Part shown: in pieces, positions 52,530 through 64,000 of the stretch
Numbering within the stretch: position 1 is the stretch's first letter
How the letters are laid out: every line of letters begins with the position of its first letter
Assembly: GCA_002347035.1 (NCBI GenBank)
Contig: DEAM01000027.1
Coordinates: 23,881 to 87,880 of the forward strand
From: Gemmatimonadales bacterium UBA2982
Lineage (GTDB): Bacteria > Gemmatimonadota > Gemmatimonadetes > Longimicrobiales > Gaopeijiaceae
Length of the DNA: 64,000 nucleotides
Reading direction: 5' to 3'
Translations under genes and position numbers: made by a program
The notes under the pieces: model-generated
Told to the model about the DNA's origin: nothing
Databases searched by the model: none
The model's input: only the letters and a program-made list of their open reading frames with translations

Positions 52530-52841
52530 GTGGTGATTAATGGAGTAAGCGCTTTGGCAAAACTGAATACAGAGTCCATCAGGGGATGGTTGAGTTCTCG
52601 TAAAGGCTGGACTCGGCGCTCAAACAAGATCATCAAGGAGTTCCAGTTCGAATCCTTCCGCGACTCGATTGTGTTCGTTAATCGGGTAGCAACTCTCGCC
52701 GACACTCACGATCATCACCCCGACATCGAGGTCTGCTACTCAACGGTCACACTCACCTTATCTACCCACGATGCTGGTGGCATTACTGAAAAAGACCTAG
52801 ATCTCGCGGAACAAATCGATTTCGCCTCCTCCGGCAATTAA
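52530..52841 (+). CDS. phhB: 4a-hydroxytetrahydrobiopterin (pterin-4-alpha-carbinolamine) dehydratase
   Basis: 103 aa. F.F..F.....FVNRVA.LA....HHPD core (FQFESFRDSIVFVNRVATLADTHDHHPDIEV) and LSTHDAGGIT.KD. GTG start. Confidence 0.85.
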   Translation: MVINGVSALAKLNTESIRGWLSSRKGWTRRSNKIIKEFQFESFRDSIVFVNRVATLADTHDHHPDIEVCYSTVTLTLSTHDAGGITEKDLDLAEQIDFASSGN

Positions 52842-52848
52842 GCAGAGT

Positions 52849-53505
52849 CTACCGGAGTCTAAGTAGGTCCTCGAACGTCTCTAGGAAATAGTCGGGGTGT
52901 TCAGCCTCCAAGGTCCGTCGCTCGAAGGGACCCCAAGACACTCCGGCAGTACGCGTTCCAGCCGCCCTCCCAGCCTGTAAGTCGAAGGGCGAGTCACCCA
53001 CAAACAAGACTTCCTCTCGGCAATCTGTGAGACCTAGTGCAGACAGGGCTTTTTCTACTGACTCAGGGTCCGGCTTACCATGATCCACATCCTCAACCGT
53101 CACAAGCAAATCTATTGAATTCCGGAGGCCACATACCTCTAAGGTTTGACTAGCAACTGCACGGCGTTTGCTGGTGATTACAGCCAAACGTACACCACCG
53201 GCCCGAAGCGTATCCAATAACGCCCCGGCACCCGGAAAGGGGCGGACCATATCGTCGTGCAACCCACGCTGGAAAACCGTAAAAGTCTCGAGCATTCGTT
53301 CCACCTCTGCCTCGTTCCGCGCGAAGCCGCGGAGTTGAGAAACGAGAGGCGTTCCGATCGTAGACAACCAACGCTGGTCGGGCAAAGCCTCACCGAGGTG
53401 AACCTTCATCGTGTGCCTGTAGCTACAGAGGATGAGTTCGACTGTATCGGCGAGAGTACCGTCTAAGTCAAAAAAAACGCCCTGCCATTCCCGGAGGGCT
53501 GTCAC
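52849..53505 (-). CDS. HAD-superfamily phosphatase (phosphoglycolate phosphatase/PpaX-like)
   Basis: Motif I FFDLDGTLADT, motif II ITSK, motif III-IV VGDSPFDLQAG. Overlaps the upstream stop by 4 nt. Confidence 0.85.
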   Translation of the reverse strand: MTALREWQGVFFDLDGTLADTVELILCSYRHTMKVHLGEALPDQRWLSTIGTPLVSQLRGFARNEAEVERMLETFTVFQRGLHDDMVRPFPGAGALLDTLRAGGVRLAVITSKRRAVASQTLEVCGLRNSIDLLVTVEDVDHGKPDPESVEKALSALGLTDCREEVLFVGDSPFDLQAGRAAGTRTAGVSWGPFERRTLEAEHPDYFLETFEDLLRLR

Positions 53506-54860
53506 GAGAAGCTTCTTATCACATTCTCTAGGACCTCCAGAGCATACATCTCCTGATCTGCTTTCAGGACCACCGGAGGGGCTAACTCCACGACTTGCCC
53601 TAGGTCTCCGGCCGGAAGCACCAACACGCCAGCTTTCATAGCCGAGCTTGCTACCCGAGCTGCACCTCCCAAAAGTGGGGTGATCCCATCTGGTCCCACG
53701 AGCTCGATACCGAGCAATAAGCCGAGCCCTCGAATATTACCCACGCTGGGCAAGCCTGAGAGTCTCTGGGACAAAGACACTAGAAGATCGTGCCCCATCT
53801 CCGTGGCACGTTTCGGGACGCCTTCGTCCATGGTTAGATCAAGAGCGGTGGAAGCAGCCACACACGAAAGGGGATGCCCAAGAAAGGTGCTCGTGTGAAG
53901 AGCCTCTCCCTCACTCAGCGGCCACGAATCGATGAGTGATTTCGGACCAAGGCAAGCCGCGACTGGCATTCCAGCACCGAGAGCCTTACCGATGCATATG
54001 AGGTCGGGCACAAGGCCCACTGTCTCTGCTGCGAGCATGGCACCACACCGCCCGAGTCCAGTCATAATTTCATCAGCAATCACAAGTGCTCCTGCATCGG
54101 CAGCTGCGACTGACAGCTCCGCCATGAAGCCATCAGGAGCAAGTCGCGCACCCCCCCTCCCTTGAACTGGCTCCACGATCACGGCACCAATCGGATCTCC
54201 GTTTGGTGCTCCTAACCTTAGAGAGTCACGAACACTAGCTAATGACTCTTCAGCGCTCCGGTCACCTTCACGCCAGTGCTCGGGAAAGGGTGCGAAGGAA
54301 ACGCCACCGTAGGTCCGATCAGCAAACGGTTCCCGAAAGTCCGCTCGAGATGTAACCGCAAGCGAACCGAGCGTCAGCCCGTGGTAGCCCCCTTCAAAGG
54401 CGAGTACGCCAGGCTTTCCAGTGGCCAACTGCGCCGTTTTCAATGCAATTTCAACAGCCTCCGAACCGGTTGTTGCAAGAACCGCCTGTGCGGAGTCCCA
54501 GGGAGCCAGTCGAGCCAGTCGCTCCAAGAGCTCGAGCTTTGCCGTAGGGGGATGAACGTCACCCATACCATGAATCAGTAGGTTCGCCTGTTTTGTAATA
54601 GCTGCGGTCACGGCGGGATGGGAATGACCCAGCAGCGCAACACCGAAAGCAGAAGTCATATCTACATAAGTGTTGTTATCCGCATCACGCACATTCGAGC
54701 CAGATGCCTCTTCCCAAAACAGAGGCCAGCCGTCACCGACAAAGGTCACGTTCCTGGATTCAACGCCCCGCAAGCGATCTGTGAATGCTCGCGACGCCGG
54801 CCCTGGTGCGGACGTGACCAGTTCTGGAAGACGGGACCCAAAGGCCGTAGTTGCGCTCAC
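53502..54860 (-). CDS. class III (omega-type) PLP aminotransferase
   Basis: TGSEAVEIALK, IVEPVQGRGG, ADEIMTGLGRCG and ICIGKALGAGMP (PLP Lys). The ORF-track start 54917 would overlap fabI by 44 nt. GTG 54860 is 14 nt after the fabI stop. The start remains uncertain. Confidence 0.85.
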   Translation of the reverse strand: MSATTAFGSRLPELVTSAPGPASRAFTDRLRGVESRNVTFVGDGWPLFWEEASGSNVRDADNNTYVDMTSAFGVALLGHSHPAVTAAITKQANLLIHGMGDVHPPTAKLELLERLARLAPWDSAQAVLATTGSEAVEIALKTAQLATGKPGVLAFEGGYHGLTLGSLAVTSRADFREPFADRTYGGVSFAPFPEHWREGDRSAEESLASVRDSLRLGAPNGDPIGAVIVEPVQGRGGARLAPDGFMAELSVAAADAGALVIADEIMTGLGRCGAMLAAETVGLVPDLICIGKALGAGMPVAACLGPKSLIDSWPLSEGEALHTSTFLGHPLSCVAASTALDLTMDEGVPKRATEMGHDLLVSLSQRLSGLPSVGNIRGLGLLLGIELVGPDGITPLLGGAARVASSAMKAGVLVLPAGDLGQVVELAPPVVLKADQEMYALEVLENVIRSFS

Positions 54861-54873
54861 GGGAGCGTCCGCT

Positions 54874-55773
54874 TCATTCCGTCGATAGCTGCGGATCCGC
54901 CGGCATCCCCATAGCATGGTAGCCCTTATCTACGTGCAGCGTTTCGCCCGTGATACCTGAGGCAAGAGGAGAGCACAGAAAAGCAGCAGCAGTACCTATT
55001 TCCTCTGCGGTAGCCACCTCAGGCAAGGCCGCGTTAGCCCGATAGTATTCGACCATCTTATCGATCGTGCCAACGGCCTTAGCAGCGCGACTTGCCAATG
55101 GTCCAGCGCTAATCGTGTTCACGCGCAGGCCCCACTTCCGACCTGCTTCATAAGCCAGTGTCCGGGTATCACCCTCTAGGGCTGCCTTTGCTGAACTCAT
55201 GCCGCCACCGTACCCCGGCACTACACGCTCTGCCGCGAGATACGATAGAGAGACGAGCGCACCACCTGATCGGGTTAGTGGCCCCAGTCGTTGAAGCATA
55301 CTGACCATTGAGTACGAACTGGCACTAAGGGCAGCAAGATATCCTGCGCGACTCGTCTCAAGCAGGTCCTTCCGTACCTCCGGCCCATTGGCTAGTGAGT
55401 GCACGATGACATCTAGGCAGGGGTCACCAAAGTCAGATCGCAGCTGGTCTGCGACTTCCTGGATTCCATACCCTGAAAGCTCGATGTAACGCTTATCATT
55501 ACGCACATCCTCAGGCACGTCGTCTAGTGAATCGAACACGGCATCGAGTGGATAAATCTTCTCTAGCTCGATTTCCCCACCACTGGGAAGCGACATGTCT
55601 AGCTTCCCCCGCTCCAGGCTCTTAGTGAAGATGCGTAGGGTTGGGGGCCAGGTGCCGACACACACAGATGCGCCTGCTTGAGCAAGAGCCCGCACGATCG
55701 CCCAGCCGTACCCTTTGTCATCCGCCACTCCCGCGACGAAAGCGCGCTTCCCCGTTAGGTCGATCGGCAGCAT
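54874..55773 (-). CDS. fabI: enoyl-[acyl-carrier-protein] reductase (NADH), plant/chlamydia-type FabI
   Basis: [49 protein letters not shown] (Tyr/Lys catalytic pair) and [15 protein letters not shown]. Collinear with plastid ENR as I remember it. Confidence 0.9.
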   Translation of the reverse strand: MLPIDLTGKRAFVAGVADDKGYGWAIVRALAQAGASVCVGTWPPTLRIFTKSLERGKLDMSLPSGGEIELEKIYPLDAVFDSLDDVPEDVRNDKRYIELSGYGIQEVADQLRSDFGDPCLDVIVHSLANGPEVRKDLLETSRAGYLAALSASSYSMVSMLQRLGPLTRSGGALVSLSYLAAERVVPGYGGGMSSAKAALEGDTRTLAYEAGRKWGLRVNTISAGPLASRAAKAVGTIDKMVEYYRANAALPEVATAEEIGTAAAFLCSPLASGITGETLHVDKGYHAMGMPADPQLSTE

Positions 55774-55812
55774 TTGGGTAGGCTCCGTGGTTAAGTGAAC
55801 TCGAAAGCTATT

Positions 55813-55838
55813 CGGGGTAGATGCGGTCGCCTACCCCG
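55813..55838 (-). terminator. hairpin between the antiporter gene and fabI
   Basis: CGGGGTAG (55813-55820) / CTACCCCG (55831-55838) with a 10-nt loop, about 50 nt past the stop at 55889. On the minus strand it is followed by AATAGCTTTCG, which is weakly U-rich. Confidence 0.4.
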
Positions 55839-55888
55839 GTAGGATAATCATGGCCCGACCTCTATTAGCCGCTCTCGCTAATCACTCC

Positions 55889-56863
55889 CTAACTCATTGG
55901 ACCTAGAAGGACAAAGCCAATCCCAACATACACGGCGACGAGGAGAGCGCCCTCCCATCTTCTTAGCTTCCATCCGCTCCGGAGCAACGGCAATAGGAGC
56001 ACTGAAATGAAAACCACCGCGGGTAATTCCTGACGGAGAACTGATTCCGGTATCGAGATGGGTCTAACCAAGGATGTGGTACCAAGAATGGCGGCAATAT
56101 TAAAGATGTTCGAACCAATGACGTTGCCCACGGCGATGTCGGCCTGGCGCCGGGCAGCCGCAACTATCGAAGTCGCGAGTTCAGGCAGCGAGGTTCCTAC
56201 AGCAACCACAGTCAGACCAATCACGACCTGTGAGATCCCAAGGGCGGACGCCACCCCCACGGCCGCTTCAACAATGAAGTAGCCCCCCAGGACAAGGAAA
56301 CCGGATCCAGAAAAAACGAGGAGTACGTCCTGGAGCTGCACGGCAACTGACACTTTGGCGGACTCCTTCGCTAATCCCAAGTGCTGCGGTGTGGGAGGCG
56401 AAGCTTCGTTGCTAACGGACCGGAAGGCGAAGACGAGATAAGCCAAAAGAAAAGCCAGAAGCAGGACACCGTCGACTCTGCTCAGTAGACCATCGAAGAA
56501 AAGAGGGAATACGCTAAACGTTACCAGGAGCATAATCGGCACTTCGCGATGTACGACACGGGACTGCACAACAATCGGCCGAACTAAAGCAGTAAGCCCT
56601 AAAATCAGTCCAATATTAGCCATATTGGAACCCATAACATTACCGATCGCTAGATCTGAATTCCCACCCAACGCAGCGACAACACAGACCACGAGCTCGG
56701 GAGCCGAAGTTCCTAAAGAAACGACAGTGAGACCTACTACGATCGGACTCACTCCAATGGAGCTGGCGAGACGTACTGAACCGCGGACTAGCCACTCTGC
56801 TCCGAAGTAGAGCACCGTGATGCCGACGACGAGCAGCGAAAGATCGAGTGCTATACCGGCCAA
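55889..56863 (-). CDS. Ca2+/Na+ antiporter (CaCA family, YrbG-like)
   Basis: Two alpha-repeats, GTSAPELVV and GTSLPELATS. About 10 TM segments, 324 aa. Confidence 0.9.
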   Translation of the reverse strand: MAGIALDLSLLVVGITVLYFGAEWLVRGSVRLASSIGVSPIVVGLTVVSLGTSAPELVVCVVAALGGNSDLAIGNVMGSNMANIGLILGLTALVRPIVVQSRVVHREVPIMLLVTFSVFPLFFDGLLSRVDGVLLLAFLLAYLVFAFRSVSNEASPPTPQHLGLAKESAKVSVAVQLQDVLLVFSGSGFLVLGGYFIVEAAVGVASALGISQVVIGLTVVAVGTSLPELATSIVAAARRQADIAVGNVIGSNIFNIAAILGTTSLVRPISIPESVLRQELPAVVFISVLLLPLLRSGWKLRRWEGALLVAVYVGIGFVLLGPMS

Positions 56864-56986
56864 GCCACCTTCCTCACTAGTCTCGCCGCGACAAACAGCT
56901 CTTCAGGTGCCTGGCGGAAAGCGAATTGAGTACGTCTTGTGGGCGTAGAAGGAGACTGAGGTTTTGGATGACGTCAAGGCTCTCCT

Positions 56987-59062
<2,076 letters not shown>

Positions 59063-59137
59063 TCAGAGGTAGAAACATAAAATGCAAATATGGCGTCTTA
59101 AATATGGCACAAGCTACGCCTCTTGGCGTAAGGCTAT

Positions 59138-60340
59138 GTGAGCCCCAAGGTTTCTTACGTGAATATCAACAAACTGAGAGCGGACACGCCTGGATGCGAG
59201 CAGCGCATCCACCTCAACAATGCTGGTGCAGGTCTCATGCCCCAGCCAGTGTTAGATGCGATTACCAACCATCTCCTGCTCGAAGCGGACATCGGTGGAT
59301 ACGAAGCAGAGGCCGAAGCTGCTGATGCGATTGAAGGGTCACGCTCAAGCCTGGCACAGCTGTTAGGTGCACCTACAGATCGGGTAGCATTTACAGAACA
59401 TGCAACCGCATCATTCGTGGCTGCGTTATCCGCCGTAGATTTCCAGACTGGAGATCTGATCGCCACGACACGCGCAGACTACGCCTCGAACCAAATTGCC
59501 TACCTGTCTCTTTCGCATCGTCTCGGCGTTCAAGTCCTAAGGGTCCCTGACGCGCCTGAGGGCGGTGTTGACCTAGCAGCAATGGAGGAGGTCATCCACC
59601 GCAGACGCCCCAGGCTCGTTACTGTCACGCACGCCCCTTCCAACTCGGGTCTAATTCAAGATGTAGCAAGCATAGGCACAATGTGTCGGGCTCGGGATGT
59701 CCTCTATTTGGTCGACGGTTGTCAATCCGTGGGACAGATGCCCGTGGACGTCGAGCAAATCGGCTGTGATTTCTTTTCTGGAACCTCTCGTAAATACCTC
59801 AGAGGGCCCAGAGGCGCAGGCTTCCTCTTTATATCTGATCGGGTCTTAGACACCGGCCTAGAGCCTCTATTCTTGGACATGCGCGGTGCGGATTGGATCG
59901 CAGATTCTATCTATCAGCCCGCCCCTGATGCCCGGCGTTTTGAAACATGGGAATTTGCTTGGGCCCTGGTGCTGGGAACTGGGGCAGCCGCTAGATATGC
60001 CACCAAAATCGGTCTTGGGCCAATACGTGATCGTGCTCGCTCTCTGGCGACCGTACTACGTGAGAACTTGGCTGACCTGGATGGAGTGAGGGTGCTTGAC
60101 GTAGGCCCTGAACTCGGAGCTACCGTAACCACCTCCGTGACCGGATGGTCTTCAGTAGACCTGACAAACCAACTGAGGATGCGGGGAATCAACACATCAT
60201 CCCAAACCCGAATTGATGCGGTGATCGACTACGATACAAAGGGTGTGGATGGAGCGCTCCGTATCTCCCCGCACTACTACAACTTAGAATCGGATTTAGA
60301 CCTTTTGATCGACGCTCTTTATGAGATTCTTAGCTTGTGA
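59138..60340 (+). CDS. class V aminotransferase / cysteine desulfurase-like PLP enzyme
   Basis: Class V fold pattern (VTHAPSNSGLIQD, DGCQSVGQMPVDV, FFSGTSRKYLRGPRGAGFL with the PLP Lys). GTG start. Confidence 0.85.
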   Translation: MSPKVSYVNINKLRADTPGCEQRIHLNNAGAGLMPQPVLDAITNHLLLEADIGGYEAEAEAADAIEGSRSSLAQLLGAPTDRVAFTEHATASFVAALSAVDFQTGDLIATTRADYASNQIAYLSLSHRLGVQVLRVPDAPEGGVDLAAMEEVIHRRRPRLVTVTHAPSNSGLIQDVASIGTMCRARDVLYLVDGCQSVGQMPVDVEQIGCDFFSGTSRKYLRGPRGAGFLFISDRVLDTGLEPLFLDMRGADWIADSIYQPAPDARRFETWEFAWALVLGTGAAARYATKIGLGPIRDRARSLATVLRENLADLDGVRVLDVGPELGATVTTSVTGWSSVDLTNQLRMRGINTSSQTRIDAVIDYDTKGVDGALRISPHYYNLESDLDLLIDALYEILSL

Positions 60341-61878
60341 ACGGACCTTCAACTCAAAAAGCTCTCTACGCTATTTGGAGAACGCTGCGGTACACGAGAC
60401 TAGGAGTCAGATGGATTCTCACACTCCTCGCATTCACTACAGGATGTGCTTCGTCGGGCACTGGGGTAAACCGCATAGACGGCCGCGCGGTCGATGCTCT
60501 CCTGACAAGTTCCCCGATCAACCAAGTGCACCTCGGCATAACAGCCACAGATGCCATCACAGGACAGATCCTTCTAGACCATAACGCCCACCAGTGGTTC
60601 GTTCCCGCATCTAACCAAAAGATCCTGGTTACCGCTGCCGCTTGGTCTCTTCTAGGGCCAGACCACGAGTTCCGAACTGAGTTGTGGGCAGCCGGCCTGG
60701 TGCAAGGAAACACCTTAGAGGGTGACTTGGTTTTAGTTGGTTCCGGTGACCCCTCCCTTTCTAGTCGCTATTGGGAATCGGGTTCAGCAGCACTCGATAC
60801 TCTCGCCCAAAAGGTCCGCGCGGCTGGGATCCGACAGGTGACTGGATCACTAATCGTCGATGCATCAGTGTGGGACTCGACAACGGTCGCTCCCACACGA
60901 GAAGTCCAGGACCTACGATTCAGGTTCGGCTCGACCGGGGGGGCGTTTGCAATTGATGAAGGTGAGTTCGAGGTCATCGTTAGCGGCGGACCGTCAATTG
61001 GAGGGCCTGGCCGTGTTCGTTGGTCTCCTGTCGGCACATCAGGGTATGTTCAGTCTTTGGTGACAACATCTCCCGCAGGTAGGGTTACGAGTGTCGTCCC
61101 CCACTACCTGCCTGAGACCCGCCAAATCGTTCTACGGGGCAATGCGGAGTACGGAACAGTTGATACGCTTTGGATCGCACAGCGCGATCCTGTCCGGCAG
61201 GCAACCGCTGCGCTTGCTGCTGCACTCGCTCAGGCTGACGTGGATCTTGCCCACAGCTGGAGCGTGCGCTGGAAACGCGGGGACCGAGTTGGCCGCTCGT
61301 GTCAGACCGGAACAGTAGCAGTATGCCCTGATGCTCACTTGGTCGGATCCCTAATCTCCCCACCACTCTCAGAACTCACCGCAGGCACCTTGGAACCAAG
61401 CCAAAACTGGATCTCGGAACAGTTTGTCCATGCACTTGGTGCGGAACTCGGTGATCATGGTAGCTGGGAAGAGGGAATTGCAGTACTCGAATCATTCCTT
61501 GTAGATGAGGTCGGCATAGACCCCCAAGACGTCTCCGCTCGAGACGGCTCAGGACTATCGGCTTACAACCTAGTAACCCCCAGGGCTATCGCTCGTGTCC
61601 TTCGGTACATGTATACCGGGCCCGGCGGAGATACTTACCGAATGGCAATGGCTGAACCAGGAGAAAAGGGATCTACTCTGGAGCACCGTCTATCAGGGCT
61701 TGAAGGTCAGGTTTTTGCCAAGACTGGCTCAATTTCCAATGTAAACTCTTTATCTGGATATCTTGTCACTGGAAAGGGCAATCCCTTGATCTTCTCAATC
61801 CTTTCAAATGGAGCAGGCCTTAATCCACTAACGGTTCGTGAAAGGATTGATGACCTCGTTCGTATCCTGGCAAGGTGA
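60337..61878 (+). CDS. dacB: D-alanyl-D-alanine carboxypeptidase/endopeptidase, PBP4 (S13) family
   Basis: SxxK as PASNQKILVTAAA, SGN-like region, KTGS (AKTGSISNVNSLSGY). Lipobox FTTGC. The GTG start overlaps the upstream stop (GTGA). Confidence 0.85.
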   Translation: MNGPSTQKALYAIWRTLRYTRLGVRWILTLLAFTTGCASSGTGVNRIDGRAVDALLTSSPINQVHLGITATDAITGQILLDHNAHQWFVPASNQKILVTAAAWSLLGPDHEFRTELWAAGLVQGNTLEGDLVLVGSGDPSLSSRYWESGSAALDTLAQKVRAAGIRQVTGSLIVDASVWDSTTVAPTREVQDLRFRFGSTGGAFAIDEGEFEVIVSGGPSIGGPGRVRWSPVGTSGYVQSLVTTSPAGRVTSVVPHYLPETRQIVLRGNAEYGTVDTLWIAQRDPVRQATAALAAALAQADVDLAHSWSVRWKRGDRVGRSCQTGTVAVCPDAHLVGSLISPPLSELTAGTLEPSQNWISEQFVHALGAELGDHGSWEEGIAVLESFLVDEVGIDPQDVSARDGSGLSAYNLVTPRAIARVLRYMYTGPGGDTYRMAMAEPGEKGSTLEHRLSGLEGQVFAKTGSISNVNSLSGYLVTGKGNPLIFSILSNGAGLNPLTVRERIDDLVRILAR

Positions 61879-61994
61879 CAGGGGACTGACTGACTAAATC
61901 ATTATCCCAGGCCGGCCAACTCTCCCCACCTTGCTTGGACCTGGGCATTGGGTGTATCTCCGCAGAGCAGAACCCACACGAAACGGAGTGACTC

Positions 61995-62456
61995 ATGGCT
62001 GCGAAACGATTTCTAATCCTTGGGTTGATGACAACCCTGTTCGGTGCAGGCTACATGTTAGGGAAGACTGGAGCGCCAAATCTGGTAGCTGAAGCGGAAG
62101 CAACCCCGGTTGTGCTTCTCCAGGCTAATAAGACCTATGAGTTGAGAACCTATACGGCGCCTGATGGCAAACTTGATAATCTCTTAGCGCGCTTCCGCGA
62201 TCACACAATGGATATCTTTGAGACGCATGGGATGACCAACCACGGGTACTGGCTACCCCAGGAACAGGAAAACACCCTGATCTACCTTCTCTCGCACGAC
62301 TCACGCGCTGCTGGCGAAGAGTCGTGGCGCAACTTCGGTCAGGATCCTGAATGGCAGCGGGTGTCTGAAGAATCACAGCGTGATGGGCGCATCATAGTAC
62401 CAGGCGGCGTTGAGCGGATTTGGCTCGACCCAACCGACTTTTCTAGAATGAAATAG
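61995..62456 (+). CDS. NIPSNAP-family protein with N-terminal TM/signal segment
   Basis: YELRTYTAPDGKLDNLLARFRDHTMDIFETHGMTNHGYW is a typical NIPSNAP ferredoxin-like module. N-terminal FLILGLMTTLFGAGYML. Confidence 0.8.
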   Translation: MAAKRFLILGLMTTLFGAGYMLGKTGAPNLVAEAEATPVVLLQANKTYELRTYTAPDGKLDNLLARFRDHTMDIFETHGMTNHGYWLPQEQENTLIYLLSHDSRAAGEESWRNFGQDPEWQRVSEESQRDGRIIVPGGVERIWLDPTDFSRMK

Positions 62457-62478
62457 ATCCTTAGGCCATAATCACTCC

Positions 62479-62524
62479 GGCGAGCAGATCTGGCTGACCC
62501 AAACCTGGGCCAGATCTGCTCGCC
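62479..62524. terminator. bidirectional terminator hairpin
   Basis: Perfect 16-bp inverted repeat GGCGAGCAGATCTGGC / GCCAGATCTGCTCGCC with a 14-nt loop, between convergent stops at 62456 (+) and 62634 (-). Confidence 0.65.
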
Positions 62525-62633
62525 CCGTTGGACCAACTCAGAGCCACTGTTGAAAAAGAACCATTCCTACCGCTGAAACAGTCGCTAGAGTAGCTACTTG
62601 CGCTCGCTCGCCATGTTTGTATGCCGCGAAGCA

Positions 62634-63236
62634 TTACCTGGGCTGGCTCAGCAACTCCTGAACAGCCGACTCAAGCCCGGTAAGCCCCGCCTGCCGACCA
62701 ATCTCTAGAGCGTCATCTGGCGCAATTCCGTCCAACCAGTAAGCCTTTAATGCAAGGAGGCCACCGACACGATTACTACTAGCGCAGTACAGGACCGTGT
62801 TCTCGGAAGAGGCCTCGGCCTCTTCAAGTATTTCGTTCAAAGCCATCACGTTCTCCCGTGTGAGGCCTCCTGCGCCAGCCACGGGGATCCTCGTGAACAT
62901 CACGTCATCATCCACGACGTGTGTCTCTTCCCAGCCCGCACCGTTTTCGGACGTGGGTCGCAGACTAATGAAGTTGGTGTAACCCATGTCGACGAGTTCT
63001 TCGAACTGTAATTCGGTTACCTGACCTGCTGCTAAGAGATTGTCCGCTAGAATCGTCCCATTGCGCACACCGAGATCTTCGATTTCGGTCACTGTTACAC
63101 TGGGGGCGGAGGTCATCGAAGCCTGACCAGTCGATGTGTTTGCCGGTTCCTGAGCTGGCTCTCCGCAGGCCACGACAAAGACTGCTCCGATTAGAGCATG
63201 CATGCGAATGGCACCAACTGTTTTATGAAGTCTCAT
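62634..63236 (-). CDS. DUF442-type (PTP-loop, CX4R) phosphatase/sulfurtransferase-like lipoprotein
   Basis: Active-site-like loop YCASSNRVG. Start ATG 63236 (MRLHKTVGAIRMHALIGAVFVVAC, lipobox) is preceded by AGGAGG (63250-63245). The ORF track extends to 63290. Confidence 0.7.
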   Translation of the reverse strand: MRLHKTVGAIRMHALIGAVFVVACGEPAQEPANTSTGQASMTSAPSVTVTEIEDLGVRNGTILADNLLAAGQVTELQFEELVDMGYTNFISLRPTSENGAGWEETHVVDDDVMFTRIPVAGAGGLTRENVMALNEILEEAEASSENTVLYCASSNRVGGLLALKAYWLDGIAPDDALEIGRQAGLTGLESAVQELLSQPR

Positions 63237-63575
63237 CTTTGCTACCTCCTGTCTCGCGACCCCTATATGGGGACTATCACAGACCGGCATCTACATAACC
63301 CTTAACTGAACATGAGGGCTACCGGCAAGCTCTCACCTTACAACAAATGTCGCTACTTCAGCTATACCCAGACTCATCGCACGGTTTACTTGTGTAGACA
63401 GCAGCAGCTGGAGTGGTATGGTAGGCTTTCTTGCAGCGTGCCTCGTGTCGCTGGCATGTTGCGATGATCAATTTCACTGAATGGGATTGCGAATTGACTA
63501 TAAACATGGCCCTTGAGGCAGAACACGCATGGCGGTTCAGGCCCGATATGACTCGGGGTAACTGAGCAACTGAAT

Positions 63576-64000
63576 ATGCGCGTATCACTCTTTGCCACCT
63601 GCCTAGGTGATCAGTTTTATGCAGATGCCTGCGCAGATGCCGTTCGGCTTTTGCGCTACCATGATGTGCAGGTCGATGTGCCTTTCGGTCAAACTTGCTG
63701 TGGTCAACCAGCATACAACGCTGGCCTACGCAGGGAAGCGGAACGCATGGCTCGGCACACCGCCGACACCTTTGTAGACGCTGAGTATGTTGTCCTGCCA
63801 TCAGGTAGCTGCGCTGGAATGATGCGTTGCTTTTATGGGCGTCTCTTGGGTGATGATGCGCGAGTCAAGGCTCTTACGACTCGCACGTACGAATTATCGC
63901 AATTTCTCGTAGATGTCATTGGGGTCACCAGGCTAGGGTCGGGGCTGTCGGGGAGACGCATCGCATACCATCACAGCTGTCACGCACTTAGGGAGCTCGG
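63576..64000 (+). CDS. lutA: (Fe-S)-binding CCG-domain protein, lactate utilisation protein A; partial, runs off the right edge
   Basis: ATG 63576 gives MRVSLFATCLGDQFYADACADAVRLLRYHDVQVDVPFGQTCCGQPAYNAG...YVVLPSGSCAGMM...YHHSCHALRELG. This is collinear with LutA/GlpC-type CCG motifs. It is absent from the ORF track because there is no stop in the window. Confidence 0.85.
   Translation, partial: MRVSLFATCLGDQFYADACADAVRLLRYHDVQVDVPFGQTCCGQPAYNAGLRREAERMARHTADTFVDAEYVVLPSGSCAGMMRCFYGRLLGDDARVKALTTRTYELSQFLVDVIGVTRLGSGLSGRRIAYHHSCHALREL

Noticed and set aside
63358-63801. 147-aa minus-strand ORF
   Set aside because: It is antisense to the 5' part of a clearly recognisable lutA-like gene (ATG 63576) that is missing from the ORF track only because it has no stop codon in the window.

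Overview
Gene-dense (about 90% coding), moderately GC-rich bacterial chromosomal window with genes on both strands. I support about 50 protein-coding genes, 2 tRNA genes and several intrinsic-terminator hairpins. I found no rRNA, CRISPR array, transposase, integrase, phage gene, recognisable defence system, or any obvious DNA-binding regulator. Housekeeping anchors are gyrA-like (9157-11673), ligA (56987-59047), fabI (54874-55773), queG/queE, a PBP4-type dacB, tRNA-Val(CAC)/tRNA-Glu(CUC), and the start of lutA at the right edge. The rest is mostly envelope, transport and catabolic functions. These include Na+ symporters (SSS, NSS), a Ca2+/Na+ antiporter and a SusC/SusD-like pair beside a haem-c/PQQ dehydrogenase. 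There is also an orphan TonB with a TPR lipoprotein, two tandem CBM9-like/DUF5916 outer-membrane barrels, peptidases (M28-PDZ, matrixin, CPBP), a textbook HLD-II haloalkane dehalogenase and a long acyl-CoA dehydrogenase. A SusC/SusD pair combined with strong Shine-Dalgarno sites, many PD40/NHL/PQQ propellers and many lipoproteins suggests an FCB-group organism that is not a classical Bacteroidota, for example Gemmatimonadota-like; this is inference only. I see no clear-cut novel system. The best candidates for uncharacterised biology are four loci. (1) The NSS symporter / tandem DUF5916 barrels / secreted serine hydrolase locus at 26.2-33.9 kb. (2) The divergent TonB-TPR versus matrixin (with coiled-coil insertion) / lipoprotein / plug-only receptor / MBL cluster at 38.8-44.5 kb. 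(3) The SusCD + N-terminal-haem quinohaemoprotein block at 44.7-52 kb. (4) The decarboxylase-CPBP-two-unknowns operon at 12.0-15.2 kb. All functional calls come from reading motifs in the translated ORFs; no database search was run.
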